A DNA stretch of 64,000 nucleotides from Aureliella sp. (GTDB lineage: Bacteria; Planctomycetota; Planctomycetia; Pirellulales; Pirellulaceae), in contig OY829846.1 in the NCBI GenBank assembly GCA_963691875.1, positions 3,744,001 to 3,808,000 on the forward strand, read 5' to 3'. Under the pieces are notes generated by a model that had not been told where the DNA came from, searched no databases, and saw nothing but the letters and a program-made list of their open reading frames with translations. This document shows, one piece after another, positions 9,162 to 19,559 of this stretch. Numbering within the stretch: position 1 is the stretch's first letter; every line of letters begins with the position of its first letter. A program made the position numbers and the translations under genes.

Positions 9162-10373
9162 TCATCCAGCGACCGAGAACATGCCGACAAAGAAGGCGAT
9201 GTAGACATAGCCCACGATCGATCCTACGACCACGATAATGGCTGGAGTCACGAGAGCACTCAGTGTCTTAATCGTTGCGTTGAGTTGCGAGCGATAGAAC
9301 TCTGATACCTGCTCAAGAACGTCGTCGAGATTTCCACTTTCCTCACCGACCGCGGACATTGTCCCGAGCAATGGCATGTAAGCCTTGCGTACTCTGAGAG
9401 TGTCCGCCAGACTTTGACCGCGGATGATAGAGTCGCGAGACTTCTGCACTATCGAAGCAAGATACTTGCTCGCATGCATCTCTTGCACAGTGATTAGCGA
9501 TTCCAGCACAGAGACGCCGCTAGAAATCAGTACTCCGAGTGTCTGCGAAAAAGTGAGTGTCCCGCTGATGCGGAAAAGCTTGCCAACAACCGGGATTCTA
9601 AAGGCGATTCGTTCGATCCAGATGCGGCCTCTCAAGGACATGAACGTCAGAATGAATGCGGCGAGAGCCAGAAACATCGCTAACAAGATATACGTGCCGT
9701 AAGTGGAAACGAAGTTGGAAACGACGATGAGAGACTTTGTAATGGGGGGCAGTGGCCTTCCAAGTGATTCCAGAAGATCGGTTAGTTTCGGAAGCAGGCT
9801 GGTGACGATGAATCCCGTCGCACCGACTGCTGCGAGCAGAACGAGTATCGGATACAGCAAAGCGGTGGCGATGTCTCGTATTGTTTCTCGCCGCATTCGC
9901 ATCATGTCTGCAGCGCGGACAAGCACGGTTTCCTGAATACCAGTTTGCTCACCAACACGCACTAGCTGAACAAGGAACTTGGGAAACCCTGGCTCAGCAT
10001 CAATAGCATCGGAGAATCGCTGGCCAGTCTGCACGACCTCAATCATGGAGCTATAGGCACGACGAATCGAGCGTTTATCCGACTGAGTAGAAAGCGTTTC
10101 CATAGCTGAAAGCAGGCTGATTCCACCGCGGAGCATCACTGCCATTTGGCGAAGTGACAATTCGACTTGAACACTACGCGGGCCAAGGCGATCTCTGAGC
10201 CAACTTCGACTCCGACTGCCGGTATTTGCACCAGCCTGTTGTTCTTCCAGCTTGATCACGACCCAACCTCGCGTACGCAGCTGCGATGCGACTGTCGCAG
10301 CTGTGGCAGCTTCGATTGCGCCGGTTCGAGTTTGTCCCGCGTCATCGCGGGCTGTGAAAGCAAAATTGGGCAT
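9162..10373 (-). CDS. pilC: type IV pilus / T2SS platform protein (PilC/GspF family)
   Basis: Two GspF repeats (GEQTG, GEESGNLD), ALLYP, three TM segments. Confidence 0.92.
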   Translation of the reverse strand: MPNFAFTARDDAGQTRTGAIEAATAATVASQLRTRGWVVIKLEEQQAGANTGSRSRSWLRDRLGPRSVQVELSLRQMAVMLRGGISLLSAMETLSTQSDKRSIRRAYSSMIEVVQTGQRFSDAIDAEPGFPKFLVQLVRVGEQTGIQETVLVRAADMMRMRRETIRDIATALLYPILVLLAAVGATGFIVTSLLPKLTDLLESLGRPLPPITKSLIVVSNFVSTYGTYILLAMFLALAAFILTFMSLRGRIWIERIAFRIPVVGKLFRISGTLTFSQTLGVLISSGVSVLESLITVQEMHASKYLASIVQKSRDSIIRGQSLADTLRVRKAYMPLLGTMSAVGEESGNLDDVLEQVSEFYRSQLNATIKTLSALVTPAIIVVVGSIVGYVYIAFFVGMFSVAG

Positions 10374-10402
10374 CTAATTCAATTTGTTTGGTAAGAACAA
10401 AA

Positions 10403-11896
10403 TTACCACACGGCCACGGATCCCAACGCATCGGGGGCCATCACAACGCCTTGCTCGATCTTGTGGAGTGCATCTTCGGCCAAGTTACGACAGCCCTCTC
10501 TCTTGGCAAGCTCATGCATGAGGACTTCATCCGCGCCATTGGAAATCAGCTGTGCCATGGATTCTCCAACTGGCAGCATCTCGAACAATCCAGTTCGTCC
10601 GACTTTACCGCGACCAGCACAATAGATGCATCCAGCGGAATTCCATGCAGTTGTGCCGCTTGCTTCTGGCTTGCCGAGAGCGGCGGATTCAGAGGCTGAG
10701 ATGGCAGTCTTGGATTTGCAATGCGGACAAAGCCGCCGCACAAGGCGTTGAGCGACCGCCAATCTAAGTGTCGCGGCGACGAGAAACGGTTGAACACCCA
10801 TGTCAATCAGGCGCGTGACAGCACCAGCAGCACTATTCGTGTGAAGCGTGCTGAAAACGAGGTGCCCCGTGAGAGCGGCTTTGATTGCGATGTCAGCCGT
10901 TTCAGCGTCTCGAATCTCACCGATCATGATCACATCGGGATCGTTTCGCAGGATCGAACGCAATGCCTTGCGAAAACTGACCTTGTCCGCCGAATCGACG
11001 GCCACCTGCGCGATGCCTTCCATCTCGTACTCGACGGGATCTTCCACAGTAACAACGTGCAGTGCTTTATTCGAAATCAGTTCCTGCAGTGCGGCGTAGA
11101 GAGTGGTGCTTTTCCCACTACCAGTGGGACCCGTTAGCAATACCATGCCGTACGGTCGGTTGATGGCGGATGAAAATCGCTCTAGGTCGTCAGCGTCCAT
11201 ACCAAGCGTGGCGAGCGTCAGGTTCTCCATGTTGTTTGCGAGAAGTCGCAGCGTCAACGACTCGCCGAATCGAGTTGGCAGCGTCGCAACCCGCACGTCG
11301 ATGCTGTCACCGCGCGAGGAATTCCATGAGAATCTGCCGTCCTGCGGGGAACGGCGCTCTGAGATATCCATCTCGCCGAGCACTTTGATTCGCGAAGTGA
11401 TCAACGGGTGAAGCTCACTGGAAAAGTATCGGTAGTCTTCCAGCTGTCCGTCGACACGCAGCCTAACGCGAACGCGTTCGGACAAAGGATCGATGTGAAT
11501 ATCAGAAGCCTCGCGCAGCGATGCGGCTTGCAGGATTTCTTCGCAGGCCTCGACCGCATCCTCATCGCCATCTCCACGACCAGCAGCCACGCGCACAGTG
11601 CCTGTTCTCGCAACGGCCCCACCAAAAGTGTCTCGAATGACTGAGTCTAAAGACTCCTCGTCTGCCAGGATCGGTTCGACAGGGTGATCTAGGTGTCGTT
11701 CAACGGTGTCCAACGTCGCTACATCGTCGCGATCCACGCATGCGACTAAGACATGATCACCCATCCTGCAACAGGGTAGAACCTTCTTGCGGCGCGCCAA
11801 GGAAACCGGGATGCGAAGTGCCCAGCCAGGATCGATTCTTACAGCCGACATGTCCAGCGGTTCGAATGTATTGGAGTGATCGGATACTGCACTCAT
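10403..11896 (-). CDS. pilB: assembly ATPase, PilB/GspE family
   Basis: ASDIHID, GPTGSGKSTTL, EDPVEY, LRNDPDVIMIGEIRD, HTN, CPHC...CIYC zinc motif. Confidence 0.92.
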   Translation of the reverse strand: MSAVSDHSNTFEPLDMSAVRIDPGWALRIPVSLARRKKVLPCCRMGDHVLVACVDRDDVATLDTVERHLDHPVEPILADEESLDSVIRDTFGGAVARTGTVRVAAGRGDGDEDAVEACEEILQAASLREASDIHIDPLSERVRVRLRVDGQLEDYRYFSSELHPLITSRIKVLGEMDISERRSPQDGRFSWNSSRGDSIDVRVATLPTRFGESLTLRLLANNMENLTLATLGMDADDLERFSSAINRPYGMVLLTGPTGSGKSTTLYAALQELISNKALHVVTVEDPVEYEMEGIAQVAVDSADKVSFRKALRSILRNDPDVIMIGEIRDAETADIAIKAALTGHLVFSTLHTNSAAGAVTRLIDMGVQPFLVAATLRLAVAQRLVRRLCPHCKSKTAISASESAALGKPEASGTTAWNSAGCIYCAGRGKVGRTGLFEMLPVGESMAQLISNGADEVLMHELAKREGCRNLAEDALHKIEQGVVMAPDALGSVAVW

Positions 11897-13080
11897 CGCT
11901 GTGTCTCCGCTAAGCTGTCGATTTGCATTCGAGCGGGGCGTAATCGGCTGGCACGACTGGCGACCAACTGAGGATTTCTGGCTAGTCCCTTGGCCGTCCG
12001 TTCACTGATTTGTCCCGTCCTGAGGAGTTGCGCAAGACACTCGTCGGCTGTATACATCCCATCACTGCGACCCGTCTCAATGATGGAATAGATGTGCGAG
12101 TCTTTACTCTGTGAAATCAAGTTAGCGACGGGGTTGGTCACCTTCATCACTTCGCTGACCAATACGTACTTCGATTTTGCCGCTAGTGGATCGCCGTTCT
12201 CTTCCTGCAGAACTTTCTTGATCTTGGGTCCATCACCCATGATCAGCTTCTGTGCGACAACCGCTCGCAGGACCATCGCCAGCTGCCTGCGAATCGCAGT
12301 TTGCTCTTCGGGCTGAAAGACCGAAACGACACGATCAATCGAGCCCACGCAGTCTCCGGCGTGAACAGTTGCAAAAACCAAGTGGCCCGTCTCCGCAGCC
12401 GTGATGGCAGTCCGGATCGTATTTAAATCTCGGATCTCACCGACCAGGATAACATCGGGATCCTGACGCATAGCGGCAACCAAAGCCTCGTTGAAGCTCT
12501 GCGTGTCCTGGCCGACTTCACGCTGGTCGACTAGCGACCGTCTACTGGTGTGAAGGTATTCGATCGGATCTTCGATCGTGATGACATGTCCGCTGCGCGT
12601 CTGGTTGATGCGGTCAATCAGTGTGGCGAGTGTCGTACTCTTACCACTGCCAGTGGGCCCGGCGACGAGAACTAATCCATGACTATGGTTGGAAAGCTGA
12701 TACAGATCCGATGGTAAACCAAGTTCTGGTAGCGAACGGATGCGTTCTTCTAAACGCCGGAGCGCGATGCTGTACGCGTTGGACCGGCGATAGATGTTGA
12801 ATCGGAAACGAGTTCCGTCATCAGCCGATAAAGCTCCGTCGAGAGAACCAACTTCGGGTGCAATCTTGGAATGCGTGCGCAATGCCAATGCACCAGCGAT
12901 ACCTTCAAGAGTTTCTGCAGATTGTGTTGGCCAATCTTCGGCTGGGGCCAAGCGGCCCTGCTGACGAAAATAAGGAGGGTGCTCGGCCGACAAATGCAGA
13001 TCAGAAGCTTTCCGCGCAATTGCTTCATTCAGCAAGCGTAAAAGCAATTCTTCTGATTGTAAGTTAGTTTCGTTCGTCAT
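11893..13080 (-). CDS. pilT: PilT/PilU-family retraction ATPase
   Basis: ASDLHLS, RFRFNIYR, GPTGSGKSTTLA, QREVG.DT.SF..AL..AMRQDPDVILVGEIRD, AAETGHLVFATVH; ATG 13080 preferred. Confidence 0.88.
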   Translation of the reverse strand: MTNETNLQSEELLLRLLNEAIARKASDLHLSAEHPPYFRQQGRLAPAEDWPTQSAETLEGIAGALALRTHSKIAPEVGSLDGALSADDGTRFRFNIYRRSNAYSIALRRLEERIRSLPELGLPSDLYQLSNHSHGLVLVAGPTGSGKSTTLATLIDRINQTRSGHVITIEDPIEYLHTSRRSLVDQREVGQDTQSFNEALVAAMRQDPDVILVGEIRDLNTIRTAITAAETGHLVFATVHAGDCVGSIDRVVSVFQPEEQTAIRRQLAMVLRAVVAQKLIMGDGPKIKKVLQEENGDPLAAKSKYVLVSEVMKVTNPVANLISQSKDSHIYSIIETGRSDGMYTADECLAQLLRTGQISERTAKGLARNPQLVASRASRLRPARMQIDSLAETQR

Positions 13081-13180
13081 GCGTCGGATAGAACCCGCCA
13101 AGTGATTCGGTCGCTCATTGAGCACCGGCATCAGTTGCAATAAATAGTCAGACCGTACGTCTTGGCTTCTTCTCACAAGC

Positions 13181-13807
13181 CTACATTAGCAGTCCAATGG
13201 TCCATGATACTCCCGTGCCGGAGGAACCAACCCGTGAATTTGACGCGTTTGCTTTCTGCATTTTCACGCTAACGGGAATGATCCCAGGTACTTCAGGCAA
13301 CTCTTTGAGCAGAGCTACGATCGTCGCATAGTTCGCCGCCACTGTCAGTTCACGAAAGCTGGTGGCATCCGCCGAAACAAGAGACTGCAGTGTCTCAACC
13401 GATTTCTTGCGAAGCTCAGGAAGAACTAGCGATGTCAAGGGTTCATCCCTGAGGATGGCAACTTCATGCTCTCGGCAAAGAGCTGTTAAGGCATTGTGTC
13501 TTGCCGTTGGGCTCAGCTCTCGAAAGGCAGCAGACTTCGTCTTCATTTCATCTGCAACCAACCGAATCGTTTGCTGCAACGTCGTCTGCTCATCCCGCAA
13601 TTTCTTCGCTTGGAACTTTAGTTCTGCAAGTTCGTTCACGCCGAGCGCCCCGGTCGAGGCAGACTTCAGCTCATTCTCCGCTTCGTTCAACGCGGGATAG
13701 CCGAAGAAGGAGATGTACATGAATGCGACGAGCAGAATCCCCATCGCAGGAAGGAACGTCGCCACCCACTTTTCACGTTGACTACCAGATGCTGCCTGAA
13801 ACGCCAT
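13181..13807 (-). CDS. PilO/GspM-like bitopic protein
   Basis: N-terminal TM, coiled coil, then ELTVAANYATIVALLKEL typical of PilO ferredoxin-like domain; operon position. Confidence 0.6.
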   Translation of the reverse strand: MAFQAASGSQREKWVATFLPAMGILLVAFMYISFFGYPALNEAENELKSASTGALGVNELAELKFQAKKLRDEQTTLQQTIRLVADEMKTKSAAFRELSPTARHNALTALCREHEVAILRDEPLTSLVLPELRKKSVETLQSLVSADATSFRELTVAANYATIVALLKELPEVPGIIPVSVKMQKANASNSRVGSSGTGVSWTIGLLM

Positions 13808-15231
13808 CAGTTTCTACCTTTTCTCAAAGCTGTTGCGCTGGTTGGCTTCGCCAAAGACGTGATAGCCTCAGGTTTTGAATCAATTTCTGGAACTTTGGGC
13901 CTGCTGTCAATCAACTCAATCGTGAACGTCCACGGCCCCCCACCGACGGTTCGATTGGATCCGGTCACAGAAGGAGGGCGGATGTACCAACCAACCTGAG
14001 CCGCAGTGGTTTCCAAACGCTGAACCAATTGTGTCACGGCATCGCTGCGAATTGCGCGACCTGCGAGAATCATTCCTTTGGCATCGGGCTTGATGGAGTC
14101 GACCACCAAGTTGGTTCCAGCCTGATCCGCTAACGATTGCAATAGCACCGAGAATCGATCGCTTTGATCTGTCAGCAGTCGCAGATTGTCCTGCTTAGCT
14201 TTTGCTTCTTTGGCTTCCACCCGGAGTTTCCCAAGGGCTTCGTTAAGTCCTTTGATTTGTTCGTCCAGTTGCTTCTTCTCCGCTAGTGGTTCCTTTAGCT
14301 TAGCGATTTGCTCCTTCATTTCTGACGTGCGTGAATACATACTCCAAGCAAGTCCGCCACAGGCAAGTCCCATCAACACGGTTGCTGCCACTCCGATCCG
14401 GAAAAGTGTCTTGTTAGAAGTGGGGACTTGGGGCGCGGGTACGTGCGGGAATCCCGTCGGCTTAGTAGCGCGCGAGACAACCCCTTGCACCCAGCGCTGG
14501 AGTACTTGATCATCATTGAGTGAGTCTAGCGATCCAGTGTATGCTGCGGGGCGGTCCTCAGGAGTCGACTGCCAACCGATCGGGGGCAGCTCGCCGCCGA
14601 AAAGCGTTCCTAGAGCTCCATACCATCGATCGCTGGTGGAAGAACGCTGCGTCACGTAAGCTCGCGGGAAACCTCCAGACTCCGCAGGCGCCGCAAAGGC
14701 ACCGGCGAGTTCTGGCGTAAATTCGACCCAGGGAACACCGGAGCGATCTGGAGAACTCATACCGATTGGATTGGCCAACAGTTCCAAGTTGCCCCCACGC
14801 ACTCGTACGGCTTGTGCTACTCCCGACAGTACTTCACTAGGAACCGCAGCGCCCCAAAAACGTCGTGTATCCGGTGGCACAGACTCTAACTCAACGAATC
14901 CGAGTCGGCTGTTCATTGGATCGAGATCGGAGAGTGACTCCGTTTCGAAGCGGAGCATCTGTTCCAGCTCACTGCCTTCTAGTCCGTAGATGGACCGTTC
15001 GTCCAAGTCGATGACGCCTGTCCAAAAATCGTCGGCGATCACGTAAGTCTTCGCCGCCGGTTTCTTACCGCTTAGCCCACAAGCCAGTTCAACGGCGATG
15101 GGAAGTGTGGTTCCAACGGGCCGATCTTCCTTTGTCAGCTGCGTAACTTGATCCCCACGAACATCCGCGCGCATCACCCTACGATCCGTGATGATCAAAA
15201 ATGTCGAATTCTGTCCGCCTAGGGAAAACAA
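13807..15231 (-). CDS. PilM/PilN-like (GspL-like) fusion protein
   Basis: Cytoplasmic domain (ELEQMLRFE), single TM, coiled coil, PilN-like L.G.A.....V..LV..LE domain; TTG start. Confidence 0.55.
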   Translation of the reverse strand: MFSLGGQNSTFLIITDRRVMRADVRGDQVTQLTKEDRPVGTTLPIAVELACGLSGKKPAAKTYVIADDFWTGVIDLDERSIYGLEGSELEQMLRFETESLSDLDPMNSRLGFVELESVPPDTRRFWGAAVPSEVLSGVAQAVRVRGGNLELLANPIGMSSPDRSGVPWVEFTPELAGAFAAPAESGGFPRAYVTQRSSTSDRWYGALGTLFGGELPPIGWQSTPEDRPAAYTGSLDSLNDDQVLQRWVQGVVSRATKPTGFPHVPAPQVPTSNKTLFRIGVAATVLMGLACGGLAWSMYSRTSEMKEQIAKLKEPLAEKKQLDEQIKGLNEALGKLRVEAKEAKAKQDNLRLLTDQSDRFSVLLQSLADQAGTNLVVDSIKPDAKGMILAGRAIRSDAVTQLVQRLETTAAQVGWYIRPPSVTGSNRTVGGGPWTFTIELIDSRPKVPEIDSKPEAITSLAKPTSATALRKGRN

Positions 15232-15293
15232 AGGTCACTCGCTAAATTTGTATGAAGTTCGGTTTGCATGAAGGGAATTAGATTAGTCAGATG

Positions 15294-16466
15294 CTAGTCG
15301 TTGATCGTTAACTCTAGCTGAGAATTCGTGGGGAACAGTTGGAACTTGATCTCTCGGCTTGCATGGGCAGGATCATCGGTACCATCGCCAAAATCTTCTG
15401 TCGAATCGCTATTTTCGCTGTCGTTGTAGTAGGCACGGATGACTCGGGTGCCGATTGGGAACTCAAAAGCTCCACCATTGCCATCATCGAACCGAAAATC
15501 AAACACATGATGAGTCGGATGAGGAGTGGCATTGAGAGTAAGCTCAACTACTGCGGGTGCTGCTGGGACGGCTGAATCGGCAACCTGGACGGCAAACTGG
15601 CCAACGACTGTCGAATCAGGATAGTACAGCTGCACAACCGTATTCTGCAGTGCCGTTGCCGCAATCATCTCAATATCTTGGTCTACGTATACCCTGCCCG
15701 TGACCGTGCCACTGAGTTGCGAACTCTTCAGGCCAAGTTGATTCTCCAAATCAGATGTGACAGGGTTTTGAATGATTGCGGGAAGGTCGGCATTATAATC
15801 TGCACCGCCAAGAACCGTATCACGTCCCAAGCTTCTCACCCCGAATATGGAAACTCCTGCAGCTGTAACGTCAAGTTCTTCGTCGAAGTTGGCGTCCATA
15901 TCTGCGTCGCCGACATCGAGAGTCCGTAAATGCGAATAGCCAGCATCGGAAACGAGGCTTGTGCCCCATCCGTCGGTCAGCTCCGCTGCACCAACAGGCA
16001 TTCTCAAATAGGGGCCTTGCCATCCCATACCAAGTGTGACTCGCGAGTCGCCCGAAACCGTATCTGTGTCGGCGTCGGCGGTATTTAATACATTGTCAAC
16101 GGTGGCAGTGTTTGCGGCGGCGACACTTGCGAAGGATGGTAGATTGGTAGTAGTTGGCGAATTGTCCCAAAGTTCTCGAGCGGAAAAAGTTGTTAGCGAC
16201 TCCTGATAGGAGCGCGGCAAGCGTCCCATATCTACGAAAAAGCCGCTTAGAAGTCGTCCCGAATCTGTCTTGCGCTCACTGAGAATTGCGTCTCGCACTG
16301 AATCGACAGTTTGCTGCGTCGTCTCAAAGCGAGTCTGATCGACTTGAAACTCGACCATGTTGAGCGCTGCGGTAGCAAGAATAGCTAGGATCACGAGCAC
16401 CATGATCAATTCCACCAGTGTAAAACCATTCAGGTTGAGGCTTCTTGGATTGTGAAGCGCGCTCAT
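15294..16466 (-). CDS. prepilin-type protein, large and acidic, GspG-like core
   Basis: GFTLVELIMVLVILAILA class III signal; GWQGPYL...DGWG...SLGRD. Confidence 0.9.
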   Translation of the reverse strand: MSALHNPRSLNLNGFTLVELIMVLVILAILATAALNMVEFQVDQTRFETTQQTVDSVRDAILSERKTDSGRLLSGFFVDMGRLPRSYQESLTTFSARELWDNSPTTTNLPSFASVAAANTATVDNVLNTADADTDTVSGDSRVTLGMGWQGPYLRMPVGAAELTDGWGTSLVSDAGYSHLRTLDVGDADMDANFDEELDVTAAGVSIFGVRSLGRDTVLGGADYNADLPAIIQNPVTSDLENQLGLKSSQLSGTVTGRVYVDQDIEMIAATALQNTVVQLYYPDSTVVGQFAVQVADSAVPAAPAVVELTLNATPHPTHHVFDFRFDDGNGGAFEFPIGTRVIRAYYNDSENSDSTEDFGDGTDDPAHASREIKFQLFPTNSQLELTIND

Positions 16467-17149
16467 TGCATGATCCCCAAGTAGACAACAACGTCATCGG
16501 TCAGTTGATTTTGATAATCGGATTGATAGTCAGCTTGTCCTAGGTTGACATCTAACGCCCAATCAATGGTGCCATTGGGACCGGCGGAAACGAGTCGAGC
16601 TGCTTGTGCTTCGTTGGATGTGATGTTGTTGTCACTATCGAAATCAATTTGGAGAACAATTGGATTGCCCCAAGCATCGATCATGGTGTCGTCGCCAGGT
16701 GCACCGTAGCTCGAAGTAAAGTTCCGTAGTCCCCAGTCATCGGTTGTGACGTCTGGATAAATCCCAGTTGCTTGTGATAGATAGGGTCCGCGCCAACCAA
16801 TCCTTGTAATGGGATCAAAAACGGGTGTTCCAGCTAACGGAGGGTCTTCGGAGAAGATTTGGCCGATTGTTCTAGGCAATCGATTTGACAAATGCCCCAT
16901 GTCGGCCCACAAACCGGTGGTGGTTTCGGTGCTTACGATCGTATCGCGTATCGTCTGCATCGTAGTTTGCGTGACGATGGATTCCGCAGATTGGTCGCCG
17001 TTACCGATGTCGATCGAAACGCTGCCTCCTGCTCCACCGACCAAAGGAATTACCATTGCGGCGAGTAGCACCAATATGATTAATACGCCCGCGAGTTCAA
17101 CAAGTGTGAAGCCAGATCGCAATGCCAGTGATTTCCTAAAATTCATCAT
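16463..17149 (-). CDS. prepilin-type protein, GspG-like core
   Basis: GFTLVELAGVLIILVLLA; GWRGPYL...DAWGNP...VSAGPNG. Confidence 0.9.
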   Translation of the reverse strand: MMNFRKSLALRSGFTLVELAGVLIILVLLAAMVIPLVGGAGGSVSIDIGNGDQSAESIVTQTTMQTIRDTIVSTETTTGLWADMGHLSNRLPRTIGQIFSEDPPLAGTPVFDPITRIGWRGPYLSQATGIYPDVTTDDWGLRNFTSSYGAPGDDTMIDAWGNPIVLQIDFDSDNNITSNEAQAARLVSAGPNGTIDWALDVNLGQADYQSDYQNQLTDDVVVYLGIMQ

Positions 17150-17159
17150 GCCAAGGTTC

Positions 17160-17966
17160 CTAGTTCGACTGCGTACGGTTGTCGTAGAACGTCCGTAAGT
17201 AATCGCTGATCCCTGTCACGACAGAAACTCCGTTTACATTCTCCAAGGCAATAACTGTAGACAATGACACCATTTGCCCTTCTACTTTGAACACCGGCAT
17301 GAATCGCGAGTATCGATCTGACACTGCCCCCTCCTCTTGACGCGAGTGAATCGGAGCACTGAGCATTGATTCGCCTACTGCCTCGCAGTTGTTCCCTAAA
17401 CCGAAAACCACGTAATAATTTCCCGCAGCGAGCTGACTTAGGTTTAGCCGAGCACGCGCTGATTCGCCCAAAACAACTACATGGTCGATGCCCGCAGTTC
17501 CGTCGCTCTCCAAAACGTCCCTATCCTGAACTTGGCCAGATGTCATGTCGAAGATCGTTTGCGGTTCATCTGACGTGGGATTTTTGTCCTTATCAATGTC
17601 GGGGCTTTCCACCACCGCTTGTATTCCAGCCGCAGATATTGCTCTAGCAAGTTCATCGGTGACATCTACAACCGCCAACTCGCTACTAGCTACATCAACA
17701 CCCGCTATGACATCTGGTCCAAGCGAATTCGGCAGAGAATCAGCGGTGTGATCAGTCAACAACAAATCAAGTCGGCTGGGAAACTCCCCTTCCGTCGACC
17801 TGAACTGCTGAATTGCCCTGGCGGCTTGACTAATCGTGCCAGCCGATGTCGAAACGCTGGTAAAATTGGGCAAGCGACCAACCAGAAATGTCACTCCACC
17901 CGCGACGATTGCGAGGATGAGAATGACCATCACCAGCTCGACCAGTGTGAAGCCGCCGCGACGCAT
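17160..17966 (-). CDS. prepilin-type protein (paralog of 18247-19089)
   Basis: MRRGGFTLVELVMVILILAIVAG. Confidence 0.9.
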   Translation of the reverse strand: MRRGGFTLVELVMVILILAIVAGGVTFLVGRLPNFTSVSTSAGTISQAARAIQQFRSTEGEFPSRLDLLLTDHTADSLPNSLGPDVIAGVDVASSELAVVDVTDELARAISAAGIQAVVESPDIDKDKNPTSDEPQTIFDMTSGQVQDRDVLESDGTAGIDHVVVLGESARARLNLSQLAAGNYYVVFGLGNNCEAVGESMLSAPIHSRQEEGAVSDRYSRFMPVFKVEGQMVSLSTVIALENVNGVSVVTGISDYLRTFYDNRTQSN

Positions 17967-18126
17967 ATTGCTCTACCTAGGACTAGTAGAAGAGGAAGGC
18001 CATACTTCTTGCTTGGCCGGAAGCGCAGAATCCCTTCTACTATCAGGAATCTGACTTGATTTGGCTCCAGTGTAGCTAAGATTTTCGAAAGTCGTTTTAC
18101 CGACTCCAAATTCTTCGCTCAAGCGT

Positions 18127-18218
18127 CGAACCACCAGCACCACATGATTAGCTCACCGACGTGCTGGCGGTTCGCATAAACAAGAAGTCGAGGGACGAAC
18201 ATTCTCACCCCTCGACTT
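18127..18218 (-). terminator. two stem-loops downstream of first pilin (terminator or mRNA stabiliser)
   Basis: 18185-18194/18209-18218 perfect 10-bp stem followed on the minus strand by a U-rich stretch; 18127-18140/18161-18174 14-bp stem with one G-U pair on the minus strand. Confidence 0.6.
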
Positions 18219-18246
18219 AGACTTCAAATAACGAACTCAGCAGCCA

Positions 18247-19089
18247 TTATTCAGGCGTATTAGCGCCCCAGAACTCGCTAAGAGCATTGTTCTGTGACCG
18301 ACCGAAGGCATTCAGCACGGCCTTTAGTTGAGCTCGGCGGCCTTCGCGGGGCGAGTAGACGGCGTAGATGCCAACGTAGCGGCCGTAGACTGAAGATGGA
18401 TCGACACGTGGGTCGGTGGGAATCGACTGCATGGTGCGGCCGGTCATCTCATTGTTTTTCCCAACGCCCATCGCGACAAGCGTCACGTCAGAAGGGACAC
18501 CTTCCGGGTAGATTTCCTGAAGCAATAGACGTTGCTCCTTCTCACTGAGTGCAGCGATCTCAGCTGCGGTCGAAGCTGCTCCATGTTCGGCCGTTCTGTA
18601 TGCGATAGCAAAGGTGCCGCCGTCAGCCATAGCACGCGGCACAGTCCCGCTATTACCAGGCGAACCCTGCAACCAGTCAGAACTATCCGTAGAGTGGTCA
18701 AAGACCGTTCCCATTGAACTGATGCAGTCATAACTATCACCTGTCAAAACGCCGGCGACTAGGAAGTCATAACCGTGATCGAGGAACGCATTGGCTCCAC
18801 CATCATCGGTAGTGTCGATGATATCCGAGGATCCATCCACAATAAGTGAGTCCATGTTGCCTGGGTAGCTGTTGTTTCCATACGTGGTGCGATAGTACTC
18901 GAGGTTGGCGGCGACAGCCGCAGCGGTATTTGCTTGCGCAGCGTAGTTAGCACTGCGGCGAAGCCAGCCAACGATGGGCACAACGAGACCAGCTATGACC
19001 GCGAGGATCATGATAACCATGACCAACTCGATCAATGTAAAACCACCACGACGGGACTTACGGGTCCGTTTTAGGGTAGATATTTTCAT
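18247..19089 (-). CDS. prepilin-type protein, candidate major pilin
   Basis: Basic leader then GGFTLIELVMVIMILAVIAG; first gene of operon, followed by stem-loops. Confidence 0.9.
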   Translation of the reverse strand: MKISTLKRTRKSRRGGFTLIELVMVIMILAVIAGLVVPIVGWLRRSANYAAQANTAAAVAANLEYYRTTYGNNSYPGNMDSLIVDGSSDIIDTTDDGGANAFLDHGYDFLVAGVLTGDSYDCISSMGTVFDHSTDSSDWLQGSPGNSGTVPRAMADGGTFAIAYRTAEHGAASTAAEIAALSEKEQRLLLQEIYPEGVPSDVTLVAMGVGKNNEMTGRTMQSIPTDPRVDPSSVYGRYVGIYAVYSPREGRRAQLKAVLNAFGRSQNNALSEFWGANTPE

Positions 19090-19328
19090 CAAAAAAATCT
19101 TCTCCGGGGCCTGATCTAGCAGGTCCCATATTCAGGGTTAGGAAGAAAATGCGCAGAGCATTTATAGAAAATTGCTCCTGGCTATGGCCCCAGATGATCT
19201 GACAGCAGAAAGACTTTTGTTGGGCGTCGAAGCCTAATGGCTTGGATCGCAAAATGGCACTGCCAACGCGTTCAAGCTGTGCCGAGAAAGTCTTCCAATT
19301 TCAGCGATGGGCTTGGCTTGGATCGGTA

Positions 19329-19347
19329 ATTGAGAATGAATCTCAAT
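19329..19347. promoter_or_regulatory. Fur-like 19-bp palindrome in divergent pilin/secretin promoter
   Basis: ATTGAGAATGAATCTCAAT, perfect 7-bp arms; related sites at 26423 and 27579. Confidence 0.7.
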
Positions 19348-19559
19348 CCCATTAGCGAAAGTCTAGCCCGACATCTGAAGGCCGTCAATTGTTAAAAACG
19401 GCAATTTCGTGAAATTACGAACATACGGTAATCTCTACTAAGCCCATTCAATTTGTTGGCACTCTTGCTCGTTGACAGTATCACTGGACGCGTGCAACAT
19501 AGATACTTAAATGCCTTTACAATCAGTGCGACTCCCCCTCGCTGCATGAAGCCAGACCT

